DNA of 64,000 nucleotides from Macrostomum lignano. Lineage: Eukaryota. The notes beneath the pieces are model-generated. The model searched no databases. It was not told the DNA's origin and worked only from the letters and a program-made list of their open reading frames with translations. Shown piece by piece: positions 27,147 through 41,865 of the stretch. The stretch is from assembly GCA_002269645.1 (NCBI GenBank), contig NIVC01000073.1, positions 248,001-312,000 of the forward strand, given 5' to 3'. Every line of letters begins with the position of its first letter. Positions within the stretch are counted from its first letter, which is position 1. A program made the position numbers and the translations under genes.

Positions 27147-28779
27147 GCAGCTCACTCGAACGCAATACTGGACTCACGTATCGAATTAACAAGTCCCAGA
27201 ATCGCTGCAGTTGTCAAGACTGCAGAGTGTTTTATCCAAATCTCAGTTAAGTTTTTTGTCCAGAATTTTTGTTGGTTCTGCAGCGCTTTAAGTCAAATCG
27301 AGTCAAAAAATATCACAGAGTCCCAATAATATTTTGTGTTCCCAGCGCCTATCCCAATTCCAAGACTTCAAACCAATACCAGCTTAGCTCTGTCTTTGAG
27401 CAAACCAATAGAGTCGGAAACTAAAGAGCTGCTTGCACTTTTTTGCTTGCACTCTCGAGTCACGAGGCAACCTCTGTTCGACTTTGACCAATAAATTAAC
27501 AAATTAAGGACGCGACAATGTCCTGAATTTATCATGCACCGACTTTGTCGCAGGCAATTGGCAATGACGTCTTTTGATTTTATGTAGTCTTAACTTTTTG
27601 AAAAAAACACGCAAAACAATTGCAGTTTAGAACAAAGAGCCTCCTAAAAATTTTGATGCCGAGTAAAAAATTCGATAATCCTATTATCTAAAATTCCGGC
27701 GTCAAATGATGCAATAAAGTTTGTAATACGAAGAATTTTTAATGCAGACAATTTCGAGACAAGAAAAATATGGCTCGTATTATAGAGACAGCTGAAAAAA
27801 GGCAATAAATTTGCTCCATTTTCTCGAGTTTGACGGTTTCCAACAGCCTTTTTACTGAATTTTATTCGATAGGAGCCGTAAACTCAAGAGAGGCCACCTC
27901 CGTCCATCGATCGTTCCGTTCTGCTTATAGTAACGAAAGTAACGCCGGTTATTTAAGCTTGTACAGGGCGCTACGAGGCTTGATTTGTATTTCAATAACT
28001 GGACCTCTTCAAAGGACAACTGGACCTCTTCGAAAGGAACACGCATCAGAAATATCGCATTATAGATGTGCGTCCTCTACTGTCTACTGTCTTCTGTTAA
28101 ACGTTTTATGTGTTATTTATTGCACTGCACGAATCAGTGCGCAAATGTCGAGAATTTTACGTATTCTAATTTCAAATTTCGTAAGCGGTGCATTTCCTAT
28201 GATCTCCAGAATTTTTCTTGACCCGGAGGGGGGCTAAATAGCTAGTCAGCATACTAAATGTGATAAGGCAGCTCATTTCTAAGAAAACCCAGAGCAGCGT
28301 CCTTGTCTGGCTAATAAGGCATCAAAACTGAAAGAGATGCGGATTGCTGACACCGCGAGACATCCCACAAGGTACTCAAATCAAGCAAATTTCACCAAAA
28401 GGACATGACACAATTGCTAGAATGCAACTGCCCTTGACGCTTCATATTAGTGCCGAAAATAATCTGAAGTCCCTACTCACATTGGTCAAAGTTCAGTAGC
28501 TTAGAAAGCACATTTTAATCGTTTTTTGTTGTGAAAAAGATTAAAATGTGTTGATTTGCAAACAATGGTGTGTGTATGTGTCTGTGTGTAGATGAAGAGC
28601 AGCATTAAGTCCATACAGCCTCACCTACTCTTTTTCTCCATCATTCCTCACCCAGCCTAGCTCGTGTGTCTGCGTCGCGTGACACAAGTTGTGTCGCTCG
28701 CAAAATTGTTAGCCTAAATTTACCTGCTCTTTCAAATACGGTAATGCAACCGTTTAAGCTTCTCTCTATGCGTCTGTGA

Positions 28780-28995
28780 CAACTCTAACTGTTTCTTTAC
28801 TCAAATCTCACTTTGTAGTCAAATCTCACTGTGTCTCTGCTCAAATCTCACTGTCTACTCAAATCTCACTGTCAACTCAAACCTCACTGTGTCTCTACTC
28901 AAATCTCACTGTGTCTCTACTCAAATCTCACTGTGTCTCTACTCAAATCTCACTGTGCCTCTACTCAAATCTCACTGTGTCTCTACTCAATTTTG
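28780..28995. repeat. Minisatellite, about 22-bp unit CTCTACTCAAATCTCACTGTGT
   Basis: Direct reading. Confidence 0.85.
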
Positions 28996-29171
28996 CCTCT
29001 CTTTAAAATCTGACACTCGTAGATTTCTTTGTTGTTTTTCTCCAGTCTCTCCCATCTCTTGTGCATCTGTTTTGTCTCTAGTATCTTCCTCTCTCCCTCT
29101 CTCTCCTTCTACCCTCTCCGTCACCGTCTAGCGTTATATTTTAGATCACGGACAGATCATTAATAGATAGC

Positions 29172-30865
<1,694 letters not shown>

Positions 30866-31209
30866 GATGATTTTTGAATATCGCATTACAGAAGTTGGCT
30901 CGCAGGGCAACACTGCATGATTGATTAAAGTGCTCATTTTATAGACTCTTGCCCTGGCGTCCTGGTGTCGCATCTCAGCCAATGGGGTTTGGACGACACT
31001 AATTAAAGAGGATTTGGGGATAAAATGGCCGCTGAGATGAACAACTGCACTCGTTTGTTGTTTAGTGCAGTCAAGTAGTTCAAAGGTAAATTTTCTGTTT
31101 TTCTCGATTTCAAAAGGTTTTTGGATTTAATTACATTCACCTGTGCTAAGCGCAGTTTAAATTAAAGTTCTTTCACATGATTCATGTACATGTAGGTGCG
31201 GTTGTAGTT

Positions 31210-31540
31210 AGGACCATTCACCTGATAGACACGGGTGTAATTATGACCATTCACCTGATAGACACGGGTGTAATTATGACCATTCACCTGATAGACACGG
31301 GTGTAATTATGACCATTCACCTGATAGACACGGGTGTAATTATGACCATTCACCTGATAGACACGGGTGTAATTATGACCATTCACCTGATAGACACGGG
31401 TGTAATTATGACCATTCACCTGATAGACACGGGTGTAATTATGACCATTTACCTGATAGACACGGGTGTAATTATGACCATTTACCTGATAGACACGGGT
31501 GTAATTATGACCATTCACCTGATAGACACGGGTGTAAGAT
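31210..31540. repeat. Minisatellite, 33-bp unit GACCATTCACCTGATAGACACGGGTGTAATTAT
   Basis: Direct reading; 11-residue repeat in the artefact ORFs. Confidence 0.95.
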
Positions 31541-32562
31541 AATTTATGGATGTATTGGCGTGGGGTGTATTTAATTAGGATCATTTAACTGATAGACACG
31601 AATTTAACGAAAGGTAGTCGACCTAATTGATACTGATATAGCTATAATTGATCATTAAATTTGTCCCCCCTGACAGTCAGCTGATAAAAGATTGAGAATT
31701 GAAAAGCATTATTATAGAACCAAAAATGGTGTTATTTGCCTCTCAAGGACAGGTATGAAACAAACTTTTGCAATAAGGTATAGCCTATATAATGTGTCCA
31801 TTACTGATGGCAAAACACTTTTAGTTCAAGAAATACGAACAGCTACAACAGTTGCTTTTTAAACAAGCATTTATCATTAAATTGAAATTAATAATTGGAT
31901 ATTGAACCGTTTCAATATCGTTCTAAAGGCTAAAAATCACGCTTTTGATTACTATACATTTCAACCTAAAACAGTCGCTATCCTCAGTATTTTAACAAAT
32001 ATTGTAATAATTATTATTTTAATAATAATGCATGAACTTGCTATAAAAAATAGACGTACATTAATGGGTGAGATACAGTTGGTCACTTAATAAAAGGCTT
32101 CCCAGTAAACATATTAATGATTTATAGTTTGAATTCGCGAAACGCAAACTAAGGAAAGGAAGTTCTCTAGCTAAACACGACTTTAAACTAGTTTAGCTAG
32201 CTGAAATCCAAGGACTCAAGTAGGACGGAAGCTACGTTTCTTGGAGAAAATATTATTAGGCAGCTTTTACCGAAAAAATACATAGGAGGTTTTTATTTCT
32301 TCAGAGCAAAAATTGTTATTGCTTTTGATAGGAGGCAGACCTATAAGAAAGGCAAGATATATTAAAAGATAAACATTGGGTCTGCCTCGTATCGAAAGCA
32401 ATAACAATTTTTGTGCTGATAAAATGAAAACCTCCTATCTCTGTAATGTACGAAGTATTTTTTTGGTAAAACCTGCTAGATCATCAGTTTGGCGCGAATT
32501 TAAATTTCATATAAACTTTTCAATTAAAATGAAGCAGGGAGTTTTTTTCACTAAATGTCCGC

Positions 32563-35500
32563 TCATTCTCGCTCGATGCTTTGAGCCCTGATGGCGAAGG
32601 ATTTGACCTCCTGAGCCTCCTGCACGAGAGCGCAGAAGCTGCAGAAGAGCCAGATGCACCAGTCCTTGCAGAAGCTGCCATCGATGCCCTGACGCTCGCG
32701 AATTTTTCCGCGAATCATCGGCCCGATGATGCAGCCGAAGCCGAGAATGAGGCCGACGCCACAGAGGCAGCAGCTGCTGCCAACAGCCTCAGCGTTGCGG
32801 CCGAAGGTGTAGCAGGGGCAGAAATAGGTGATGATGCAGAGGGCTGCATTGGGGTGCGGTTGCTTTAGGGATGTTTTTAGATCTACATGTAGCTATTAAT
32901 AGAAATCTACATGCATTTATCTCTATGTCTAGACATTCAACTAGGCATAAAGCAAGGCATTTACCTGTACTCGTAATTGGGGATCTATCTAGACAACTAA
33001 TCTATATATCTAATTGTGCATCTAGACACCGATCTATATATCTAATTGTGCATCTAGACACCAATTTATATATCTAATTGTGCATCTAGACACCAATCTA
33101 TATATCTAATTGTGCATCTAGACACCGATCTATATATCTAATTGTGCATCTAGACACCGATCTATATATCTAATTGTGCATCTAGACACCGATCTATATA
33201 TCTAATTGTGCATCTAGACACCAATTCCTATATACTAAAAATGGTCTGTCTGTGTCTATGTGATCGATTAGAGAAAAAATGGCTGGACCGATTTTCATGA
33301 GACTTGCACTGTTCGATCAGAAATTTTCCCGTGACGGTACATGCATCTTGGCTAAGAAATTGCTCCATGTTAAAGTGATTAAATATTCGAAAAACATGCT
33401 TTTTTGCAAAGGTCAAGCAAACTTTTCGACTTGAAATGCATTGTAAGAATGCTAGAGAAAAAACTGACTGGTTGAATTCTGATTCTGAAATAGATTGCAT
33501 CATCACTGAATTGTAACTCCGACTTGAATTGAAAATGCAGTGTGGAAGCGTAGCACCAGACTTGATTTAAATTGCGTAACCATATTGTTAACTGATACTG
33601 ACTGACTGAGAAACTGATTATGTCATAACTGCTTCGTGTGATTTACTCTATGCTTGGATTTTAAAGTGTTGAATTATATAAGTGCAAAATTTGATGTTAT
33701 CAAAACGATGAGAGCTAGCCTAGAGGTGAACAAACTGAACTGCCAAATGCAGCGACGATGGTTCGAATTTTCATAGAGTATAATTTTTTTAATTAAAGCT
33801 TTTCAACGTCAGGAAAACTAAAAGACTTTTTAAAAAGAAGCGTCATGTAAAAAATCATAGAAGTGTCATGTAAACAATCATAGAAGCGCCATGTAAAAAA
33901 TCGTAAAAGCGTTATATAAAAATCATAGAAGCGTAATGTAAACAATCATAGAAGCGTCATGTAAAAGTCAAAATAGCGTCATAAAAAATCATAGAAGCGT
34001 CATAAAAAATCATAGAAGCGTCATGTAAACAATCATAGAAGCGTCATGTAAAAAATCATAGAAGCGTCATGAAAAAATCATAGAAGCGTCATGTAAAAAA
34101 TCATAGAAGCGTCATGTAAACAATCATAGAATCGCCATGTAAAAATCGTAAAAGCGTTATATAAAAATCATGGAAGTGTAATGTAAAAAATCATAGAAGC
34201 GTCATGTAAACAATCATAGAAGCGTCATGTAAAAAATCATAGAAGCGTCATGAAAAAATCATAGAAGCGTCATGTAAACAATCATAGAAGCGTCATGCAA
34301 ACAATCATAGAAGCGTCATGTAAAAATCATAGAAGCGTCATGAAAAAGTCAAAATAGCGTCATGAAAAATCATAGAAGCGTCATAAAAAAATCATGGAAG
34401 CGTCATGTAAAAATAATAAAAGCGTCATGTAATAATCATAGAAGCGTCATGCAAAAATCATAGAAGCGTCATGAAAAAATCATAGAAGCGTCATGTAAAA
34501 ATCATAGAACCGTCATGTAAACAATCATAGTAGCGTCAATAAAAATCATAGAAGCGTCATGCAAACAATCATAGTAGCGTCATGTAAAAATCATAGAAGC
34601 GTCATGCAAACAATCATAGTAGCGTCATTTAAAAAATCATAGAAGCGTCATGTAAACAATCATAGAAGCGTCATGTAAAAGTCAAAATAGCGTCATAAAA
34701 ATCATAGAAGCGTCATAAAAAATCATCGAAGTGACATGAAAAAATCAAAGAAGCGTCATGTAAAAAATCATGGAAGCGTCATGCAAAAATCATAGAAGCG
34801 TCATGAAAAAATCATAGAAGCGTCATGTAAAAATCATAGAAGCGTCATGTAAAAAATCATAGAAGCGTCATGTAAACAATCATAGAAGCGTCATGTAAAC
34901 AATCATAGAAGCGTCATGAAAAAATCATAGAAGCGTCATGTAAAAAAGCATAAAAGCGTCATGTAAAAAATCATAGAAGCGTCATGTAAACAATCATAGA
35001 AGCGTCATGTAAAAAATCATAGAAGCGTCATGTAAACAATCATAGAAGCGTCATAAAAAACCATAGAAGCGTCATGTAAACAAGCATAGAAGCGTCATGT
35101 AAAAATCATAGAAGCGTCATGTAAACAATCATAGAAGCGTCATGTAAACAATCATAGAAGCGTCATGTAAAAGTCAAAATAGCGTCATGAAAAATCATAG
35201 AAGCGTCATAAAAAATCATAGAAGCGTCATGTAAACAATCATAGAAGCGTCATGTAAACAATCATAGAAGCGTCATGCAAACAATCATAGAAGCGTCATG
35301 TAAAAATCATAGAAGCGTCATGAAAAAATCATAGAAGCGTCATGTAAACAATCATATAAGCGTCATGCAAACAATCATAGAAGCGTCATGTAAAAGTCAA
35401 AAAAGCGTCAAAAAATCATAGAAGCGTCATGAAAAATTCATGGAAGCGTCATGAAAAAATAATAAAAGCGTCATGTAATAATCATAGAAGCGTCATGCAA

Positions 35501-38500
35501 AAATCATAGAAGCGTCATGAAAAAATCATAGAAGCGTCATGTAAAAATCATAGAACCGTCATGTAAACAATCATAGTAGCGTCATTAAAAATCATAGAAG
35601 CGTCATGCAAACAATCATAGTAGCGTCATGTAAAAATCATAGAAGCGTCATGCAAACAATCGTAGAAGCGTCATGTAAAAGTCAAAATAGCGTCATAAAA
35701 ATCATAGAAGCGTCATAAAAAATCATCGAAGTGACATGAAAAAATCATAGAAGCGTCATGTAAAAAATCATGGAAGCGTCATGCAAAAATCATAGAAGCG
35801 TCATGAAAAAATCATAGAAGCGTAAAAATCATAGAAGCGTCATGAAAAAATCATAGAAGCGTCATGTAAAAATCATAGAAGCGTCATGTAAAAAATCATA
35901 GAAGCGTCATGTAAACAATCATAGAAGCGTCATGTAAACAATCATAGAAGCGTCATGAAAAAATCATAGAAGCGTCATGTAAAAAAGCATAAAAGCGTCA
36001 TGTAAAAAATCATAGAAGCGTCATGTAAACAATCATAGAAGCGTCATGTAAAAAATCATAGAAGCGTCATGTAAACAATCATAGAAGCGTCATAAAAAAA
36101 CCATAGAAGCGTCATGTAAACAAGCATAGAAGCGTCATGTAAAAATCATAGAAGCGTCATGTAAACAATCATAGAAGAGTCATGTAAACAATCATAGAAG
36201 AGTCATGTAAACAATCATAGAAGCATCATGTAAAAATCATAGAAGCGTCATGTAAACAAGCATAGAAGCGTCATGTAAACAAGCATAGAAGCGTCATGTA
36301 AAAAATCATAAAAGCGTCATGTAAAAAATCATAAAAGCGTCATTTAAAAAATCATATTTGCGTCATGTAAAAATCATAGAAGCGTCATGCAAACAATAAT
36401 AGAAGCGTCATGGTAAAATCATAGAAGCGTCATGTAAACAATCATAGAAGCGTCATGTAAACAATCATAGAAGAGTCATGTAAACAATCATAGAAGAGTC
36501 ATGTAAACAATCATAGAAGCATCATGTAAAAATCATAGAAGCGTCATGTAAACAAGCATAGAAGCGTCATGTAAACAAGCATAGAAGCGTCATGTAAAAA
36601 ATCATAAAAGCGTCATGTAAAAAATCATAAAAGCGTCATTTAAAAAATCATAGTTGCGTCATGTAAAAATCATAGAAGCGTCATGCAAACAATAATAGAA
36701 GCGTCATGGTAAAATCATAGAAGCGTCATGGAAACAATCATAGAAGCCTCATATAAAAACTAATGAAAGTGTCATTTAAAAAATTAAGAAGAATAATGGA
36801 AGAATAAAAGAAGCGTCATGTAAAAATCAAAAGAAGCGCCATGTCAGACATGAAAGGTGTCATATAAAAATTAAATGAAGCTATAGTACAGTGCTGTGCT
36901 GGGGAGAATTACTGAGACGTCAAGGCTCACAGAGAATAACTGAGATTACAGGTGGGGGGGGGTTTCTGAGATGTCAAAGCAAAAGTCAGAAGCTACTTCA
37001 AAGTTCATGTACTTTACTCAATTTTTATTACATTCATTGTTGGCTCGCCACAGGGGGGCGCTGATAGAAGCAGAGTCATGTAAAAAATAAAAGTAGCACT
37101 ATGTATACATATAAGAAAAGTCATGTCGAAGTTAAAAGATTCATTTGGGAATTGCTACAATGTCAAAGCTTGGTGGAAATCGTTATAGTGCTGGTGATTC
37201 TTAAAGAAGGAAACACTAAAATGCCAAGGCTTAGGGGAGAAGAATTGCTGAGATTTCAAGGCTTTAGGTTGGGTTAAAGTTAGGTTTAGGTCAGGTTTGG
37301 GTTGAGGGTTTTTTTTATCGGGTTTCAAGGTTAACAGGGGATTTTTTTAGATTTCAAGATTTATGGGGGGCATCGCTGACATGTCAAGGCTTACGGGGGG
37401 AATAGCTGAGATGTCAAGGCTCACGGGGGTATAAATGAGATTTCAAGACTAAAGTCAGAAGCTACATGTAGTTTAATGAAAACTTTTTATTACATTTTTT
37501 GTTGGCTCCTCAGGGCTCACTGATAGAAAAAGCATAATGTAAAAAATAAAAGAAGCTTCATGTCGAAGTTAAGAGATTCATTTGGGAATCCCTACGATGT
37601 CGAGGCTTGCAGGGAATCGCTATAACGCTGTAGTAGTGCTATAATGACTCAGAATTACTGAAATTTCAATGCTTTAGGGTTAGGTTAGGGTTAGGGTTAG
37701 GGTTAGGGTTAGGCTAGGGTTAGGGTTAGAAGGTTGACAGATTTTTTAGACTTCAAGGCTTATTTGGGGCATCGCTGAGATGTCAAGGGGGGAGTTGATT
37801 TGTTAAAGCTTGTGGGGGAATTACTGACATTTCAAGGCTTACAAGTGACTTCTGAGGTATATTGCAAAGAGATGCTACATGTAGTTTATTACAAAACTTG
37901 TATTGTATTTTTGGCTCCCTAACGCTAAGATACTAAGCTAAAAAATACTACTAGCTCTTCACAAACTTATGCAGATGTCAGGCTGTAGGGTTAGTGTTAG
38001 GGTTGGTATTAGGGTTTAGGTTTAGGGTTAGGTTCAGGGTTATTGCGTTAAGATTCGGGTTAGGGTTAGGGTTAGGGTAGCTTATAACTTGGCTCATTTA
38101 GCTTATTAAAAATGTTTATCATGGAGCATCATGCAAAAATAATGGAAGCGTCATGCAAAAACAATGGAAGCGTCATGCCAAAAATCATAGAAGCATCGAT
38201 CATGCAAAAACTCATGGACAAAATATTGAATTTAGGGTTTTGGTTAGGGTTAGAATTTTGACAGGAGATTTTTTAAAATTTCAAGGCTACATGTAGCTTG
38301 TTAAAAATACGTGCATTGCATTTCTTTGGCTCCCCAACGGGGGGCGTAGATTGCTAGTTATATATCTAATTGTGCATCTAGACACCAATCTATATATCTA
38401 ATTGTGCATCTAGACACCAATCTATATATCTAATTGTGCATCTAGACACCGATCTATATATCTAATTGTGTATCTAGACACCAATCTATATATCTAATTG

Positions 38501-39123
38501 TGCATCTAGACACCAATCAATATATCTAATTGTGCATCTAGACACCAATCTATATATCTAATTGTGCATCTAGACACCGATCTATATATCTAATTGTGTA
38601 TCTAGACACCAATCTATATATCTAATTGTGCATCTAGACACCAATCTATATATCTAATTGTGCATCTAGACACCGATCTATATATCTAATTGTGCATCTA
38701 GACACCGATCTATATATCTAATTGTGTATCTAGACACCAATCTATATATCTAATTGTGCATCTAGACACCGATCTATATATCTAATTGTGCATCTAGACA
38801 CCGATCTATATATCTAATCGTGCATCTAGACACCAATCTATACATCTAATTGTGCATCTAGACACCAATCTATATATATCTAATTGTGTGTCTAGACACT
38901 AATCTAGATCTATATATCTAGATCTATATATCTATTTGTGAATCTAGAAACCAATCTATACATCTAATTGTATCTAGACATCAATCTATACATCTAATTG
39001 TATCTAGACATCAATCTAGATATTTTAATGTGTCTAGAAATCTGCAGGTAAATGTGCGAGCTTACAGCAGTCATCCAGGCAGCCGCACAGGCCGTGCTGA
39101 AATTCTTTTGTCGGCACATTCAT
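32563..39123 (-). CDS. PLAC8/cornifelin-family Cys-rich protein, paralogue 1, 112 aa
   Basis: Exon 1 39123-39066 (MNVPTKEFQHGLCGCLDDC, phase 1, gtaagc) plus exon 2 32843-32563 (SLCIITYFCPCYTFGRNAEAVG...IRGKIRERQGIDGSFCKDWCIWLFCSFCALVQEAQEVK...ERE). GLCGC, CPC, IRxxxGIxGS and CALxQE are PLAC8 hallmarks. Intron about 6.2 kb. Not in the ORF track. Confidence 0.88.
33000..33225. repeat. 32-bp minisatellite TATATATCTAATTGTGCATCTAGACACCAATC, left part
   Basis: Period 32; the same array resumes at 38358. Confidence 0.95.
33830..36850. repeat. A-rich satellite, 21-22-bp unit AAAATCATAGAAGCGTCATGT, about 3 kb, inside the Helitron-like element
   Basis: Direct reading; rare variants recur with a period of about 1000 bp. 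Confidence 0.96.
37674..38078 (+). repeat. Degenerate interstitial telomere-like (TTAGGG)n tracts
   Basis: TTAGGG runs at 37674-37729 and about 37985-38078; weaker ones at about 37260-37310 and 38230-38250. Confidence 0.8.
38358..39040. repeat. 32-bp minisatellite, right part (same unit as 33000-33225)
   Basis: Direct reading. Confidence 0.95.
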
Positions 39124-39398
39124 GTCTGCGAGACAGATGCGAGAAACTTACGGCTGTCGAAATTTTAAACTGCTTTGAGCGCCTGGGCTACCCGAGCTTG
39201 AATATTATACCATCTCAGTCAGGTCTCTCACCCACCCGACTCAAACCCTGCGACTCTGCATGCAGGCCGCCCCTGAAAGCCCCGTTTAGAATTTTGCTTT
39301 CTTTCTGTAATGAAGAGGTGGCGTGTGCCATCGAGCTGGCCCAGCATTGAACTGGGCATGGAGATCTTAACCAGAGATCTGGGCTTAACTACATATCA

Positions 39399-39582
<184 letters not shown>

Positions 39583-39787
39583 TCTGGAGTGGAGTCAGCT
39601 ACTAATGCACATTTAGTGTACAGTCAGTGAGCAACACAATTAAATTTCGTCTCCGCTGTTGTTACCCATGTCTCTTCTAATTATGCAGCAAAATTCTTCA
39701 ACCAAAGCGTAGAGTGACTCTTTGCCAAGCTAAAGGCGGGTATTTGGCAGAGACTGGCTTGCCTGTGTGCTGACAGGATGGGGTCTT

Positions 39788-40185
39788 GGCGGGCGCCCCT
39801 GTGTCTTGGTGGGCGCCCCTGTCTCTTGGTGGGCGCCCCTGTCTCTTGGTGGGCGCCCCTGTCTCTTGGTGGGCGCCCCTGTCTCTTGGTGGGCGCCCCT
39901 GTCTCTTGGTTGGTGCCCTGTCTCTTGGTGGGCGCCCCTGTCTCTTGGTTGGCGCCCTGTCTTTTGGTTGGCGCCCCTGTCTCTTGGTGGGCGCCCCTGT
40001 CTCTTGGTTGGCGCCCCTGTCTCTTGATGGGCACCCCTGTCTCTTGGTGGGCGCCCCTGTCTCTTGGTGGGCGCCCCTGTCTCGGTTGGCGCCCCTGTCT
40101 CTTGGTTGGCGCCCCTGTCTCTTGGTTGGCGCCCCTGTCTCTTGATGGGCACCCCTGTCTCTTGGTGGACGCCCTGTCTCTTGGC
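39788..40185. repeat. Minisatellite, 20-bp unit GGGCGCCCCTGTCTCTTGGT
   Basis: Direct reading. Confidence 0.93.
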
Positions 40186-40479
40186 GTGCGCCGAGTACAA
40201 TAATTCACAAATTAGAGTATCACTGCTGTCCCAATGGCCACAATTTGAAGTACAATTTGAAAAAGTCGCTGTAATTTAATTAGTATTGAGAAACTCGGTT
40301 TCAATGCTTTTTTGCATCGATTCGTGGCATTATTAGATGTGTTTATTTGTGAAATTTTTATAGATTTTTTGCTCAAACACAACCTGCACTACTTCTTTTA
40401 TAGAAACAGTAGCATAATAATGAAATATGAACTGTGTGTCATATTATTAGTTGCAGTTATAAACGATTGCCGCTTAATT

Positions 40480-41865
40480 TTACTCTCTCTCGACAGCCAT
40501 GCCGTATCCGCCGAAGCTTTTTACCTCCTGAGCCTCCTGCACCAAGGCGCAGAATGCGCAGAAAAACCAGATGCAATAGTCAGTGATGAAGCTGCCAGGA
40601 ATATTTTGCTTCTCGCGAATTTTTCCGCGCACGATCGGACCCAGAATGAAGCTTAGACCGCAGCAGATCCCGAAGCCGCACAGGATGCAGTTCTCCCCAA
40701 CGGCTTCCGCGTTCTTGCCGAAAGTATAGCAAGGAACAAAGTAGGTCAGGACGCAAAGGCCTATAATGAGCAAGTAAAAAACGGGTCTGCGCGAGTGTGC
40801 ATGACAGTTCAAACCAGCTTTCGGACCTGTAGTGTACGCCCCCTCTATGCCTTCACGCTTTTCTCTGACTAGCTTTCGCCCTCTTGTCCAACGTGCACTA
40901 GCACTGGCCCCGTCAACCGTTGCGTAACACTGTAGCCGCACGTCGGCAGTGAGTTGATATAATAGCTCAAATATACGGTCCACGAGACCAGGTTTTTCGC
41001 CACACACAAGCGCACTACAGGACCTAACTTTATGCGAACAATTGACTAGCGCGAGTGCGTACGTTGCAGCTAAACCACTTCAATCGCAGCCCCAGTCTTA
41101 ATCTACGCGAACAATTGACTAGCCCGAGTGCGTACATTGCAGCTAAACCACTTCAATCGCAGCACCAGTCTTAATCTACGCGAACAATTGACTAGCCCGA
41201 GTGCGTACATTGCAGCTAAACCACTTCAATCGCAGCACCAGTCTTAATCTACGCGAACAATTGACTAGCCCGAGTGCGTACATTGCAGCTAAACCACTTC
41301 AATCGCAGCACCAGTCTTAATCTACGCGAACAATTGACTAGCCCGAGTGCGTACATTGCAGCTAAACCACTTCAATCGCAGCACCAGTCTTAATCTACGC
41401 GAACAATTGACTAGCCCGAGTGCGTACATTGCAGCTAAACCACTTCAATCGCAGCACCAGTCTTAATCTACGCGAACAATTGACTAGCCCGAGTGCGTAC
41501 ATTGCAGCTAAACCACTTCAATCGCAGCACCAGTCTTAATCTACGCGAACAATTGACTAGCCCGAGTGCGTACATTGCAGCTAAACCACTTCAATCGCAG
41601 CACCAGTCTTAATCTACGCGAACAATTGACTAGCCCGAGTGCGTACATTGCAGCTAAACCACTTCAATCGCAGCCCCCAGTCTTAATCTACGCGAATTGT
41701 GTGCAATTAAACAAAAATTCTGTGTATATAACTTTCTTCTTCCGAATGGCTTAGTTGAATGAGATTATTTCTACGAAATCATACTTGTAAAATAGTTAAC
41801 TTAATAAGATTATTACCGCAATCGTTGAAGCAACCAAGAAGACCCACTTGGAATTCGGCAGACAT
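40480..41865 (-). CDS. PLAC8/cornifelin-family Cys-rich protein, paralogue 2, 109 aa
   Basis: Exon 1 41865-41817 (MSAEFQVGLLGCFNDC, phase 1) plus exon 2 40760-40480 (GLCVLTYFVPCYTFGKNAEAVG...CAFCALVQEAQEVKSFGGYGMAVERE). Exon 2 is 281 nt, the same as in paralogue 1, with the same intron position. Confidence 0.9.
41030..41695. repeat. Intronic minisatellite, 73-bp unit (PLAC8 paralogue 2 intron)
   Basis: GCGAACAATTG at 41107, 41180, 41253 and onward. Confidence 0.95.

Larger units (their letters stand above)
33226..38357 (+). mobile_element. Non-autonomous Helitron-like (rolling-circle) element, about 5.1 kb
   Basis: 5' end TCCTATATACTAAAATGGTCTGTCTG...AAAATGGCTGGACCGATTTT; 3' hairpin GCTCCCC-AAC-GGGGGGC (38329-38345), then 8 nt, then CTAG (38354-38357). 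No TSD or TIR. Removing it restores a host repeat unit (ccaat|ttatatatctaattg) identical to the copy at 33061. Confidence 0.72.

Noticed and set aside
26526-27155. Minus-strand ORFs over PHM exon 2, and similar antisense ORFs over the GPCR, PLAC8 and mannosidase exons
   Set aside because: Antisense shadows of GC3-rich coding sequence.
33228-33506. 92-aa ORF with faint resemblance to a PLAC8 N-terminus
   Set aside because: It lies within the 5' end of the Helitron-like element; the true exon 1 (GLCGC motif, correct phase) is at 39123-39066.
37674-37729. True chromosome end
   Set aside because: The tracts are short, degenerate and internal to an intronic element, with genes on both sides.
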